64,000 nt of DNA, taken from NCBI GenBank assembly GCA_038841535.1, contig JAWBTQ010000001.1:96001-160000 (forward strand), in the 5' to 3' direction. The position numbers and the translations under genes were made by a program. Of this stretch, positions 10,729 to 21,004 are shown one piece after another. Under the pieces are notes generated by a model. It was not told the DNA's origin. It ran no database searches and saw only the letters and a program-made list of their open reading frames with translations. The first letter of the stretch is position 1. Every line of letters starts with the position of its first letter. Source of the DNA: Sulfolobales archaeon (GTDB lineage: Archaea; Thermoproteota; Thermoprotei_A; Sulfolobales; NBVN01).

Positions 10729-11280
10729 ATGCGTGTGCTGATACTGTCGGATTCCCATGTACCTGAGAGAGCTGCTTGGATTCCTAAGCCTATTGAGGAA
10801 TACATACTAAGCGAAAATTTCGATGTCGTAGTACACGCGGGCGACGTTATCAATGAGGGATTAATAAGGTTTATTAAAGAGAACGTGGTTAAAGATGTTT
10901 ATACCGTTAGAGGCAACATGGACTACCTTAAGCTCCCCCGATATGTGAAAATTTCATTAGAAGGGGTGGAACTAGGAGTAACTCATGGTGATAGAGTATA
11001 TCCTAGGGGTAATATAGCTATACTAACTAGGTTTGCCCATACTCTTGGAGTGAGAGTACTCGTGTCTGGGCACACGCACATGTCGTTTCTAGTACACGAT
11101 AAGAGTGGGGTCCTCCACATTAATCCGGGAAGCGTAACGGGTGTTTGGGGTGGAGGTGGTGGAAGCGGGATCCCTTCTTTTGCTGAGCTCACCGCAAGCT
11201 CAAGAACCATCACAGTGGCTGTCTACGAATTAGTGGGTAACTCTATTATAAAGAAATCTATACACTCCCACACTTTCTAG
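10729..11280 (+). CDS. YfcE/Vps29-like metallophosphoesterase
   Basis: SDSH, HAGD, RGNMD, THGD, GHTH and NPGS motifs. Confidence 0.9.
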   Translation: MRVLILSDSHVPERAAWIPKPIEEYILSENFDVVVHAGDVINEGLIRFIKENVVKDVYTVRGNMDYLKLPRYVKISLEGVELGVTHGDRVYPRGNIAILTRFAHTLGVRVLVSGHTHMSFLVHDKSGVLHINPGSVTGVWGGGGGSGIPSFAELTASSRTITVAVYELVGNSIIKKSIHSHTF

Positions 11281-11475
11281 TGCTAAGAAACTTAAGATTT
11301 AGAGAAGGTGTTTAGTAGCAACTGGAGCTACGGACTTAACATTAAATTAAGAGAATGGGGACTCAGAGAAGGAGCTGCTAGAAGCTTGTGGTCGAAGTAA
11401 TAGCTTAGTCAACGAGGAAACTCTTAAAATAGAACATGGAGCTAAAGGTAGCTTAGAGTAGACCTTGCTCTGTAT

Positions 11476-11976
11476 CTAGCCACCAGGTGCTCCGTGCCAT
11501 GGGACATCTTTCCAGACTTGAGTCCAGAATTCTTCTTCAGTGAAAACCTCCTTTCTAGCGATGTTTTTCTCTATGCTCGAGAGCACGCTGTGGTGAGTTA
11601 CCTCGTCTGCGTGTATAGCAGACACTATGATCATTACTCTAGGATCTGTCACCAAGTTCAGTAATCTTTTAGTTTCCTCAATCATTATGAGCTCGGTGCG
11701 TATGTGATTTGAGATCTTACTAGCTATCTCCCTAACATCATCTGCCGTTAGGAGTGGCTGTATTTCAGTTAGTAATTCAACAATAGCTTTATACATCTGA
11801 CTATGCTTAACGGAGTCTCCCGCTATAGCCCCGATGAGTGCTTTCAGAACTGGGTGCCTCAGCTCTTCGGATAGTGCTTTCAGCTCTGAAGCGTATTTTA
11901 GCTCTAAATCAGCTAGTCCCTGAAAGTGCTTTACTAGCCCCTCACTACTTGGTTCAACCATATCTATCTCCACCAA
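11476..11976 (-). CDS. Ferritin-like (rubrerythrin-type) protein
   Basis: Paired E...DSVKH and E...DEVTH di-iron-like motifs; C-terminal WHGAPGG. Confidence 0.7.
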   Translation of the reverse strand: MVEIDMVEPSSEGLVKHFQGLADLELKYASELKALSEELRHPVLKALIGAIAGDSVKHSQMYKAIVELLTEIQPLLTADDVREIASKISNHIRTELIMIEETKRLLNLVTDPRVMIIVSAIHADEVTHHSVLSSIEKNIARKEVFTEEEFWTQVWKDVPWHGAPGG

Positions 11977-12147
11977 CTAAACTATGCTACCAATGTAAAT
12001 AAATAGCGGATTTTAGTTAAACAGAACCCATTTAACTCTTAGGATGTTCGAAACGTTTTCATCTCGACAGTGATCTCGATAGATTACCGACATACGTTTA
12101 GAAGCTCTTTTAGCCTACTTCTTAATTACCTTGGGCTGGTGATGTAG

Positions 12148-13182
12148 TTGAGTGAGATTGCTATAGTCACTGGCTTAGTGCTTTCAGCATGTATAGCGTG
12201 GTCTATAGGAGCTAACGACATGGCTAACTCAACTAGCATAGCTGTTGGCTCCGGTGTTCTGAGAATTAGAACTGCTATGCTAGTTTTCGCATCTATGCTG
12301 ACTTTAGGATCAGTTCTCCAGGGCTTCATGGTGATGAAGACTTTAGGACGGGGGGTCGTGTCGGATATGGACATATACTGCGCGATCTCGTCGTCTCTAG
12401 CTGCGTTTACTTGGATAATGGTTGCGACATCTCTTGGTTTACCCATTTCAACGTCTCACAGCATCACAGGTGCTGTCGTTGGGGTAGCTCTAAGTCGCCT
12501 CCTCTTAGGGGGGAGTAGTTCAATAAACCTTCACATACTTAACACTATAATTTTAAGCTGGATTACCTCCCCACTGGCTGCAGCGGCTCTAGCTGTTCCA
12601 TCGTATCTAGTCGTAGAGAAATTGTTTAAGAGGTCGGTATCTATAGGAGATAGTATAGCTAGATCCATTGTAATCGTTTTAACAGCGTTTTCTGCGTACT
12701 CCTTTGGAGCTAATGACGTAGCGAACGCAACCGGGGTCTATGTTGGAGCCATCTCTAAGTACTTTGGTACACCTGATCTCTACACTATGAGACTTCTATC
12801 ACTTTTTTCTTCCATAATTATGGCTTTCGGTGGTATAATAATGGGTAAGAGAGTCTTAGTTACTTTAGCATATAGAATTACTAGGCTAGACACCCTAATG
12901 GCTATAGCAGCAGGATTCGCAAACGCCTTTACTGTCTGGTTCTTCACTACTATCCCGTACCTGCTCCTCGGCTACGGGCTACCCATATCTACGACTTACG
13001 CAGCTGCTGGAGCTATTATGGGTGCCTCAATTGCGAAAAATAGAGGGTTTAAAGGTGTTAGAGTCCGCCAAGTGGTCGTAATAGTGATCGCCTGGGTTTT
13101 AACGTTGCCCGTAACTGCTGCTCTTGGCTTAAGCATATATTACCTTTTAAACTACTTATCACTACGACTCCTAGTGATGTGA
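12148..13182 (+). CDS. PiT family inorganic phosphate transporter
   Basis: Two GAND motifs, GLPISTSH and GLPISTT; multiple transmembrane segments. Confidence 0.92.
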   Translation: MSEIAIVTGLVLSACIAWSIGANDMANSTSIAVGSGVLRIRTAMLVFASMLTLGSVLQGFMVMKTLGRGVVSDMDIYCAISSSLAAFTWIMVATSLGLPISTSHSITGAVVGVALSRLLLGGSSSINLHILNTIILSWITSPLAAAALAVPSYLVVEKLFKRSVSIGDSIARSIVIVLTAFSAYSFGANDVANATGVYVGAISKYFGTPDLYTMRLLSLFSSIIMAFGGIIMGKRVLVTLAYRITRLDTLMAIAAGFANAFTVWFFTTIPYLLLGYGLPISTTYAAAGAIMGASIAKNRGFKGVRVRQVVVIVIAWVLTLPVTAALGLSIYYLLNYLSLRLLVM

Positions 13183-13183
13183 T

Positions 13184-13846
13184 ATGTCCTTCTGGGTTTG
13201 GATGTCGGGTAGGAGGAGAAGGGACCTACTTAAGTTTTTCATTGTCCACGTAGCGGAAGTTGAGAAAGTAGTCGAGAAATCTAAGAACGTGATTAACGAG
13301 CTAGTTAAAGGAAATGCTGACTTAGTGGCTGTATTCTGGGGAGAGGTATTCGAGTCGGAGAGAAAGGCAGACGACATTAAGAGGAAGCTTTTAGCTGAAC
13401 TAGCTAGTGAGACCTTCCACCCGATAGATAGAGAAGAGATCGTGAGATTGGTTCTCACAACAGATGACATAGCAGCTTACGCTAAAGCCTGGAGTCGCAG
13501 AGCCATGCTGTACCTACCGGACCGATTACCCCAAAATATAGGTGACGCCTTATCGACGATGGCGTCAAAAGTCCATGAAGCCGTTAAGTACATCAAGCAG
13601 GCAGTTGAAGTCCTCTCCGAAAATCCGAGGAGCACGCTGGATTTGGCTAATAAGGTAGAGTCTCTAGAGGAGGAAGTAGACGACATCAGACACGAAGTAT
13701 TCAGGGAGGTTCTGAAGTTCTGCGATAGTAGCCGGAGCTCTAAGTGCATGCTGACGAAAGAGATCATGGACTCGATAGAGAATGCCGCAGATCGTTGCGA
13801 GGACGTAGCAGACGTTCTAAGAAGTATCGCCCTTCTATCTATTTAG
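13184..13846 (+). CDS. DUF47 / PhoU-like phosphate transport regulator
   Basis: ERKADDIKR, PIDREEI, LEEEVDDI, ENAADRCEDVAD; adjacent to PiT. Confidence 0.9.
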   Translation: MSFWVWMSGRRRRDLLKFFIVHVAEVEKVVEKSKNVINELVKGNADLVAVFWGEVFESERKADDIKRKLLAELASETFHPIDREEIVRLVLTTDDIAAYAKAWSRRAMLYLPDRLPQNIGDALSTMASKVHEAVKYIKQAVEVLSENPRSTLDLANKVESLEEEVDDIRHEVFREVLKFCDSSRSSKCMLTKEIMDSIENAADRCEDVADVLRSIALLSI

Positions 13847-13961
13847 CCCCCAGTCTTGCTAGGCGAAATGCTTTCAGACCTCAAAGCTCTTGGAGTTTCA
13901 CTTAGGTAGCTACAGATATTCGCACCTATCAAGGAGACTGTGTAGTGTGGAAGTGAAATTC

Positions 13962-15923
13962 CTAGATCACTAGCGCAAGAGAGTCTAGTACTCTTGGCAC
14001 CAGTATCTCTACGTTTGGTGGTAATCCTACTTCCTTAGTCTTCTTAAACAGCGTGATCTTCAAGCTCTCTAGAGCTGTAGGCTCTCCGTGGTTTATGATT
14101 ATTCTCCTAGGCTTGGTCTCCACGTCCCTTAGGTATTTCAGGATTTGCGTTCTATCTGAGTGCCCTGAGAAGCCTTCAATAGCGTGTACTTCTAATGCGA
14201 CTTTAACTAACTCTATCTTATCACCTACTAAGATATGGGCCTCTTTAGCGCCGTCTCGTATTTTCCTTCCTAGAGTTCCCTCTACTTGGTAGTTAACGAA
14301 TACAAGAGAGTTATTCGGGTTTTCAGCCATAAGTCTAAAGTACTCGACAGCCGGGCCTCCATTAAGCATTCCAGAGGTTGCCAGTATTACACACGGATCT
14401 CTAGATTCGACTATCTCTGATCTCGCTACACCACCACCAACTACTTCAAATGTGTTGTACATAAACGGGTTTTCAGAGCTATATATTCTGTCTCTCAATT
14501 CTTTAGAGAGAAGTTCCGGGTACGCCGTATGTATTGCTGTAACCTCGTTTATCATCCCGTCTATATACACCGGGACCTCCGGCAACTTACCAGCCCTCAT
14601 GGCGTCAGCTATTATCAATAAGACTTCCTGAGACCTGCCGACAGCGAGAGATGGTATAAGTACCTTTCCACTTCTCTCCATAGTTCTCTTTATTATCTCC
14701 ACTAACTTCTCAGCAGATTCCTCTCGACTTGGCTGGTCAGAGCTACCGTAAGTACCTTCAATTATTAAGGTGTCCACTCTCGGGAACTTATTGTTTGCTT
14801 TATCAAGTAACCTAGTCTTATCGTACTTGAAGTCTCCGGTGTAAACTATATTGTGTAGTCCATTACCTATGTGTAGGTGGGCTATAGCTGACCCAAGAAT
14901 GTGTCCCGCGTTATAGAGTGTAAGTCTGACGTCTGGTGCGATGTCTGTGACCTCACCATACTTTAGTGATATTGTGTGTAGTAGTGCGTCTTGAACGTGG
15001 CGTGACTCGAAGGGCAGACTCCTTCCCTCCCTCTTCGTTAGCTCTAGTAGGTCCTTTTCGAGAAGCACCATGAGGTCTCTAGTTGCCTGAGTCATGTACA
15101 CTGGACCCTTGTATCCATACTTAAAGAGATACGGTACTAGCCCCACGTGATCTAGGTGGGCATGCGTCACGACGACAGCGTCTATCTCCTCTGGCTTTAT
15201 TCCAATAGCATCTATCCTGGGAACGAAGCTCTTCAGGAGGCTAGTTCCAGGGTTTAGGCCGAAGTCTAGAAGTATCTTCGACTCAGCTGTTTCAACAAGT
15301 ATCGACGACCTACCGACCTCCATAAAGCCTCCGAGAGCAGTTACTCTAACATAGTTATCCTTGAATATAACTTCTCTGTGTATTCTCTCTCCAGCAGCTC
15401 TCAAAAACTCGTGCCTCTCAGCTGATTGCCTAATGACGTAGTTTAGTTCGGACTCAAGTATCAGTGACTTTAGTGGTGGCTTTCTAACTATCCTGGGCCT
15501 CCAGCCGGTCTCTACAAATATTTCTTTAAACAGCTTTCTATCGTTATCTATAAAAGCTTGAGGTTGCGGAGTCTTTATAACGACTTCACCTAACACATCG
15601 TCGAACATTATATCGGATTCGCTCTCGATGTACTGCTTGGCTTTGGATATTATGAGTTTTCTGGCCTCACCCTCCCGACTTCTCCTCGATCCATCGACTC
15701 TAACAACGACTCTCTTCTTTATTGTCTTAGCTAGGCTTCTTACTGCCTCCTCGTTTTCGACTATGAACGAGGCGTTTCTGACGTAAACGACTACTTCAGG
15801 ACCTTCAAACTCTACTTTAGTTACCTGAGCTTCTGGTGGAAGCTTCGTAAATATCTCACTCCTTATGGTCTCACGTATATCGTCTATAAACCTTAAGTCC
15901 TTTACCGTCATAAAGTCTACCAT
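13962..15923 (-). CDS. fttA: aCPSF1 / FttA beta-CASP ribonuclease (transcription termination factor)
   Basis: N-terminal KH domains (EFEGPE), LGGFMEVGRS, THAHLDH, AGHILGS, GFSGHSD, HGE. Confidence 0.95.
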   Translation of the reverse strand: MVDFMTVKDLRFIDDIRETIRSEIFTKLPPEAQVTKVEFEGPEVVVYVRNASFIVENEEAVRSLAKTIKKRVVVRVDGSRRSREGEARKLIISKAKQYIESESDIMFDDVLGEVVIKTPQPQAFIDNDRKLFKEIFVETGWRPRIVRKPPLKSLILESELNYVIRQSAERHEFLRAAGERIHREVIFKDNYVRVTALGGFMEVGRSSILVETAESKILLDFGLNPGTSLLKSFVPRIDAIGIKPEEIDAVVVTHAHLDHVGLVPYLFKYGYKGPVYMTQATRDLMVLLEKDLLELTKREGRSLPFESRHVQDALLHTISLKYGEVTDIAPDVRLTLYNAGHILGSAIAHLHIGNGLHNIVYTGDFKYDKTRLLDKANNKFPRVDTLIIEGTYGSSDQPSREESAEKLVEIIKRTMERSGKVLIPSLAVGRSQEVLLIIADAMRAGKLPEVPVYIDGMINEVTAIHTAYPELLSKELRDRIYSSENPFMYNTFEVVGGGVARSEIVESRDPCVILATSGMLNGGPAVEYFRLMAENPNNSLVFVNYQVEGTLGRKIRDGAKEAHILVGDKIELVKVALEVHAIEGFSGHSDRTQILKYLRDVETKPRRIIINHGEPTALESLKITLFKKTKEVGLPPNVEILVPRVLDSLALVI

Positions 15924-16513
15924 CCCGCGGAGTAAGACCGCTCTTCGATTCCGTTAGGTCTAACTATAGCTACATCCACAGCTTCACCAGTAAAAACATC
16001 TCTCCTTATAGACGACCTAACAGCTTTTACCGCTAGAGCTACAGCCTCATCGTCGCTCATATCAGCTCTATACTCTGATTCGAGTACTCCTATGGCAACA
16101 GGGGACCCCGACCCAGTGGCTGTGTAAGTTTCCTCGAAGTAGTCACCGAAGAACTCTATGTTGTAAAGCCTCGGTCTGTCATCGTAACCGGCTAGTATGA
16201 ACTGCACTACGAACGGATAGTACTTATAGCTATTGAGTATTATCGAGAGGTAGGACGCCAGAGACTTTATCGGGATCTTGGCCTTATTAGATAAGACGTA
16301 CTCCGCTGCCTTAATTCTCAGTAGCGATGCTAGTACCTGTGTATCAGCTACTAGACCCGCTGTAGTTAGGACAGCGTGGTCGGATATTCTGACTATCTTC
16401 CTTACTAATTTATGAGCTATGTATGTTCCACTACTAGCTCTCCTATCAGCAGCTACTATTGCTGCCGTTTTTGTCACTAGACCCACTGTTGTTGTTCCAT
16501 ACAGAACCTTCAC
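15917..16513 (-). CDS. psmB: Proteasome beta subunit
   Basis: G|TTTVG processing site, AADRRAS, ATGSGSPVAIGVLE. Confidence 0.95.
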   Translation of the reverse strand: MKVLYGTTTVGLVTKTAAIVAADRRASSGTYIAHKLVRKIVRISDHAVLTTAGLVADTQVLASLLRIKAAEYVLSNKAKIPIKSLASYLSIILNSYKYYPFVVQFILAGYDDRPRLYNIEFFGDYFEETYTATGSGSPVAIGVLESEYRADMSDDEAVALAVKAVRSSIRRDVFTGEAVDVAIVRPNGIEERSYSAGW

Positions 16514-16585
16514 TTTTAATACACCTTCTGAGCTAGATTCCCAAACTTAAAAGTATTGCCGGCTTATAAGTTTTAGTGAAACTAC

Positions 16586-17641
16586 TTGAAGCACTCGATT
16601 GACCTTTTCAAGAAGGTGGTCATAGGTAACGGAGTTAGTTGGGAGCTTGGAGCGCTGGTCTCGGAGCTGGGAGCTAGAGATAGGCTGGCCATAGTCACCG
16701 GCCCTAACGTTAGGAAGACCATCGCCGAAATGCTAGCTGAGAGAGCCTTAAGCAACTTCGCTGTCGAAATATTTGAAGCACCTTCACCCTCTGTTGAGGT
16801 TGCTGAGAGCGTGGCCGACTTAATTAACTCCTTCAAACCATCCCTAATAATAGCCATCGGTGGTGGTAAGAGCATCGACATCGCAAAGTATGCTTCACGT
16901 AAGACCGGTGTGCACTACGTGAGCGTTCCTACAGTTACCTCGCATGACGGTATAGCTTCACCCTTCGCATCCCTAAGAGGAATGGAGACCGTTTACTCAG
17001 TAAAGACCTCACCCCCTATAGCAGTCGTCGCAGATATAAGAATCATCGCAAAAGCCCCTAAGAGACTGGCTCTCGCTGGTGCTGGAGACCTCGTAGCGAA
17101 GGTGACTGCCGTAAGGGACTGGAGATTAGCTAATAGACTCAAGGGCGAGTATTACGGCGATTACGCAGCATCTCTAGCTCTATTATCTGCTAAGCACGTA
17201 CTCACGTTCGGTAAGACTATAGCAAAGTATACTCCTGCCGGTCTCAGGATACTTGTTGAGGGACTAATAAGCTCGTCGACAGCTATGTGTATAGCTGGGT
17301 CCACTAGGCCCGCAAGTGGCTCTGAGCACTTGTTTAGCCATGCGCTAGATATAGTAGCTAACTACCCAGCGCTTCACGGAGAGCAAGTAGGTCTCGGGAC
17401 TATAATCATGGGCTACATACACGGAATAGACTGGAGGAGGATCAAGAAGACCCTTAGAAAGTTGGGGCTACCTACATCAGCGCGGGAGCTCGGGGTCAAA
17501 GAAGAGCACGTAGTTGAAGCTTTGACAATAGCACATAAGATAAGGCCAGATAGGTACACGATACTGGGAGAAAGCGGTCTAACTAGGGATGCAGCAGAAG
17601 AAGTAGCCCTTAAAACCGGTGTCATAGGGAATGATGGTTAA
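16586..17641 (+). CDS. egsA: sn-glycerol-1-phosphate dehydrogenase
   Basis: GGGKSIDIAK, PTVTSHDGIAS, RPASGSEHLFSHALD, LHGEQVG, RYTILG. Confidence 0.95.
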   Translation: MKHSIDLFKKVVIGNGVSWELGALVSELGARDRLAIVTGPNVRKTIAEMLAERALSNFAVEIFEAPSPSVEVAESVADLINSFKPSLIIAIGGGKSIDIAKYASRKTGVHYVSVPTVTSHDGIASPFASLRGMETVYSVKTSPPIAVVADIRIIAKAPKRLALAGAGDLVAKVTAVRDWRLANRLKGEYYGDYAASLALLSAKHVLTFGKTIAKYTPAGLRILVEGLISSSTAMCIAGSTRPASGSEHLFSHALDIVANYPALHGEQVGLGTIIMGYIHGIDWRRIKKTLRKLGLPTSARELGVKEEHVVEALTIAHKIRPDRYTILGESGLTRDAAEEVALKTGVIGNDG

Positions 17642-18071
17642 GACCTTGATAAGTAAATACGTTGCGAAAGAAGGATATAAGTTCCTTTTCTCAGGTCCTA
17701 TGACTGAGTGCCTGAGCTGTCGGTTCAAGTGCGCCTGCGTAGACAACCTTAAGGAGGGTGTGGCATATGAAGTAGTCAAAGTCCACCAAGTAGTCAATAA
17801 GTGTCCAGTGCTGGGGGAAGTCGTTACAGTCGATGTTAAACCAGCTGAATTAGATATAGCTCTAGACCCCAGAGCTGCTATAGAGGGAGCCATAGTAACG
17901 TACCTCCATCGAGATTGTGGTGTGCCCTGTCGGTACAGTGAGCTCTGCAGAAACCCGCTAATAAGGAGTGGAACTAGAGTAAAGGTTATTTCAGTTAGAG
18001 GTAGAGTAACCTGCAGGATTAATAAAAACCTCGTTAAGGCAACTGTAACTATGGGGTTTAGTTCTGCTTAA
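17634..18071 (+). CDS. UPF0179 family protein
   Basis: Cys-rich (EC..C.FK..C, CP, C..PC....C); overlaps egsA as in the usual archaeal synteny. Confidence 0.8.
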   Translation: MVKTLISKYVAKEGYKFLFSGPMTECLSCRFKCACVDNLKEGVAYEVVKVHQVVNKCPVLGEVVTVDVKPAELDIALDPRAAIEGAIVTYLHRDCGVPCRYSELCRNPLIRSGTRVKVISVRGRVTCRINKNLVKATVTMGFSSA

Positions 18072-18107
18072 ATATAGGTGTCTCTCTATTAGAGGTTGGT
18101 GTGCTGA

Positions 18108-18755
18108 GTGGCAACATTTAAGGTAGTGGTTGGGGATCCAGAGGCCAAGGACCCTAAGGAGGTTTACGTAAGAGTAGTTGAATCCAGCGAGTTGAAGCTG
18201 ACTGAGGCAATGAAAGAAGGGAGAGAGCTCTTGAGAGCGAGAGCTAACCCTAAGTTAGTCGAGAATCTCAAAACTCCTTACAGGATTGCCACGATTAGAA
18301 TATGGAAAGATAGAGCTAAGAAGGAAAAACTTAGTCTGACAGTGAGGCTCGAACTAGATCCCAGCGTTCCTGAAGGGGTTGTTTATGTTCCAGCAGGCCC
18401 TCTCTCGGAGAAACTTGGGAGTAGTGAAGCTCTAGCTGAGATATTTAGAGCAAAGAACTTCCAGATAGTGGTGGACGGCTCGAGAGCAGCAGCCTTTATA
18501 GGAAAAAAGATAGGTGACACCTTAGATGCTTCTATCATCGGCTTACCCGGGAAGAAGCTATTGATAACTGGAGGCTCGGATTCCTCAGGTTTCCCGATGC
18601 TTCAGAGCGTGCCTGGTTCCGCTAAGAGACTCCTCCTACTTTCTTCACCACCAGGGTACCACCCGCACAACGAAGGCGAAAGAAGGAGGAAAATGGTAAG
18701 AGGGAACACTGTAAGCGAAGACGTAGTTCAAATAAATACGAAGCTCGTTGACTAA
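18108..18755 (+). CDS. rps6e: 30S ribosomal protein S6e (long crenarchaeal form)
   Basis: FKVVVGDP, IGKKIGD, ITGGSDSSGFPM, GERRRKMVRGN, QINTK. Confidence 0.93.
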   Translation: MATFKVVVGDPEAKDPKEVYVRVVESSELKLTEAMKEGRELLRARANPKLVENLKTPYRIATIRIWKDRAKKEKLSLTVRLELDPSVPEGVVYVPAGPLSEKLGSSEALAEIFRAKNFQIVVDGSRAAAFIGKKIGDTLDASIIGLPGKKLLITGGSDSSGFPMLQSVPGSAKRLLLLSSPPGYHPHNEGERRRKMVRGNTVSEDVVQINTKLVD

Positions 18756-19166
18756 GTCACGCACCACCAATGATATCGTGATTAGTTATTCAAAAAGTCT
18801 TAAATAAACTCCCAGTTCGCTGTTTCTCGGCAGACAGAGCCACAGCAACCTTCATTTCCTCTCGCATCCGGTCTCCACATTACCTTTTCACGGTGGTGTA
18901 GTCCTAAACATCTAGCTGCCGTGCCCCCCAAGACCTTTAGAAAGCCTCGCCACCTTACAAACCTATGAACTCCGGGTCTGCCACACTAGCGGTACCCTTG
19001 AGTAAGAGAAAACTTTAGTGAACTAAAAACGTCTAAGAAATGAGGTAGGGGCTTAGATTCTGTGGTGTAGCCTATGCTATGCTTATGTAGAGAATATCTA
19101 TAATTACGGCCGTATTCTCATAATCACGGTTTAATGTGTACACGCTACTCTATTCATTTGCTATCC

Positions 19167-19424
19167 CTATTGACTTAGCTTTTCAATTTTACTTACAAGC
19201 TTTTCTACTTTTTCTGGGTCTTGGAGAACGCTGAGGAATATCTCCCCGTAATCTCCAAGTAGGATAAGGAGTGGCTGGAGATAGAGTCTAGCAAGCTGGG
19301 CCCATACTCGGCCCATGGGACCGAACGAACTAAGTAAAAAAATAACTATCGTATCGAGCTTGGAGTCTACTATTCTTTTCGCTAGCTTCTCTAGCAGTTC
19401 GTCCTCGCTGATAGGCCCCGACAT
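19167..19424 (-). CDS. Small conserved hypothetical protein, last gene of the membrane operon (start ATG 19424)
   Basis: ATG lies 2 nt past the upstream stop; LLEKLAKRIV...IFLL...QPL...EKLVSKIE. Confidence 0.7.
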   Translation of the reverse strand: MSGPISEDELLEKLAKRIVDSKLDTIVIFLLSSFGPMGRVWAQLARLYLQPLLILLGDYGEIFLSVLQDPEKVEKLVSKIEKLSQ

Positions 19425-19426
19425 AA

Positions 19427-20155
19427 TTACCTCTTTCTCAGGATACCTAGGATTATTGCTATAGCGGCTAGGATCGCTGCTATAATTGAGGCCCATGCCT
19501 GCGGCTGTATGTATATCAAGTAGATAGATATTAGGAACCCCACTCTAGTCATTATAGTGTTGGCGAAAAGTGCTCCGAAACCGACCATCATTCCGTAAAT
19601 ACCGATGTAATAGAAAGCTCTGTAGATTAAGTGCTGAGGAGACGCCCCAGCACCCTCTACTCTTCTTGGAAATATAGTAAAGAGGAAGTAAGTCAGTCCG
19701 CCAAGCGTTATTAAGACTAGTATCCAGTTGTTGAGCACCTTGACTGGGTCAGAACCCCAGAGTGGAACTATAGTAGCAGTAATCTGTCTAACTACGTTTG
19801 CTATAGGCACTGTTCTCAGAGCTAGCCCAGTACCAACAGCTATGTTAATAGCAACTGCGTACCTAGCCAGCCAGTAGTACTTTCTAGAGTATTTAATGAA
19901 CATCAGTGCGCCAAGTATGGCTGGAACTAAGTAGTGCCATGAGGTGCTCCAGAAGGTTCCAGGACTTTTAACTGCTGGTGACACGAGTACCTTATTCAGG
20001 CTGTCTAGAGCTAAAGCTATCGAGTAGCCAGCAGCAGTTCCTACGAACATGTGCTCAGCCACCTTATAGAACACGTTATCTCTATAAACAAAGCTGTATA
20101 TCCAGACGACCATGGCGGCACAGAGCCAGGCCCCGAACACTTCCCAGCCGATCAT
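19427..20155 (-). CDS. Uncharacterised polytopic membrane protein
   Basis: About 7 hydrophobic segments; YSFVYRDNVFYKVAEHMFVG and MVGFGALFANTIMTR; ATGA overlap with the upstream gene. Confidence 0.8.
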   Translation of the reverse strand: MIGWEVFGAWLCAAMVVWIYSFVYRDNVFYKVAEHMFVGTAAGYSIALALDSLNKVLVSPAVKSPGTFWSTSWHYLVPAILGALMFIKYSRKYYWLARYAVAINIAVGTGLALRTVPIANVVRQITATIVPLWGSDPVKVLNNWILVLITLGGLTYFLFTIFPRRVEGAGASPQHLIYRAFYYIGIYGMMVGFGALFANTIMTRVGFLISIYLIYIQPQAWASIIAAILAAIAIILGILRKR

Positions 20156-21003
20156 TTTGACTCACCTCTCTTGGCTGAAAACCTCTTGCTCCAGTACATG
20201 GCGTTCCCTATAACAATGAAGGCTACTATCAGCATGTGGGATGTGCTCTGCGCATCCATAGATGCTATACCAAGCCCGAGCCTCCCTACTAGAACCTCGT
20301 ACTCGGCCGCAGACCTCTGGCCGACAAGCATCCCTACGGCCTGCTTAGCACCTACGAATGGCTCTATTGAGGGGGCTATGACACTCAAAGCCGCGAATAA
20401 GAGGGGTACTCCGTAAGGTGTGTACCACTGCCTTATGTAGTATGAGAATATGTCAGTACCGGATGAGACTATGATTACTAAGTCAAAGTCTGTTGCCTTA
20501 TCTACTTCTTTCATCAGTGAGAGATCCTCTAACCTGTTACCGTAGTTATCGACGCTTATCGTACCCTTGATGCTCTTAGCTAGAGAAGCGGATGCTGCTT
20601 CCCCGCCCGCTATGTATCCAAGGTATACATAGTCCTTCCCGTACTCCTTGCCATCAAATAGGTCCGCAGCCATTGATCTAAAGAGAGAGAAAGCCACTAC
20701 ACCGAAAGCGCTTAGCGAGCCGTAGACTATCTTGCATCCCTTATCGAAGAAATGCTTCGTTAAAGCTATGAGATTAGGTTCTAGCTCCCCTCTAGCAGCA
20801 ACCTCGTAGTATACCTCTATGTAAACGCGGCAGCCCGGACGCAGATTCGTTTCGATATAGTTATACACGTCTCGAGTTCTCTGAGATATTTCAACCGGGA
20901 TTCCAAGGGGATGTAGTATCGGCAGGATAACTGAGAGTAGTAGAAGAGTGTAGAGGAGCTCTTTGGATCCCAGGATTTTCTCCAGGGAACTGCCTCCACT
21001 CAT
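20152..21003 (-). CDS. Uncharacterised membrane-anchored protein with a central soluble domain
   Basis: Terminal transmembrane helices; YGKDYVYLGYIAGGE, AAEYE, MDAQSTSH. Confidence 0.8.
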   Translation of the reverse strand: MSGGSSLEKILGSKELLYTLLLLSVILPILHPLGIPVEISQRTRDVYNYIETNLRPGCRVYIEVYYEVAARGELEPNLIALTKHFFDKGCKIVYGSLSAFGVVAFSLFRSMAADLFDGKEYGKDYVYLGYIAGGEAASASLAKSIKGTISVDNYGNRLEDLSLMKEVDKATDFDLVIIVSSGTDIFSYYIRQWYTPYGVPLLFAALSVIAPSIEPFVGAKQAVGMLVGQRSAAEYEVLVGRLGLGIASMDAQSTSHMLIVAFIVIGNAMYWSKRFSAKRGESK

Positions 21004-21004
21004 T

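Noticed and set aside
13962-16513. psmB-aCPSF1 coupling and very short proteasome propeptide
   Set aside because: Both are well-known archaeal features.
18108-18755. Long S6e with an internal insertion as a novelty
   Set aside because: S6e of about 215 aa is already known in crenarchaea such as Sulfolobales.
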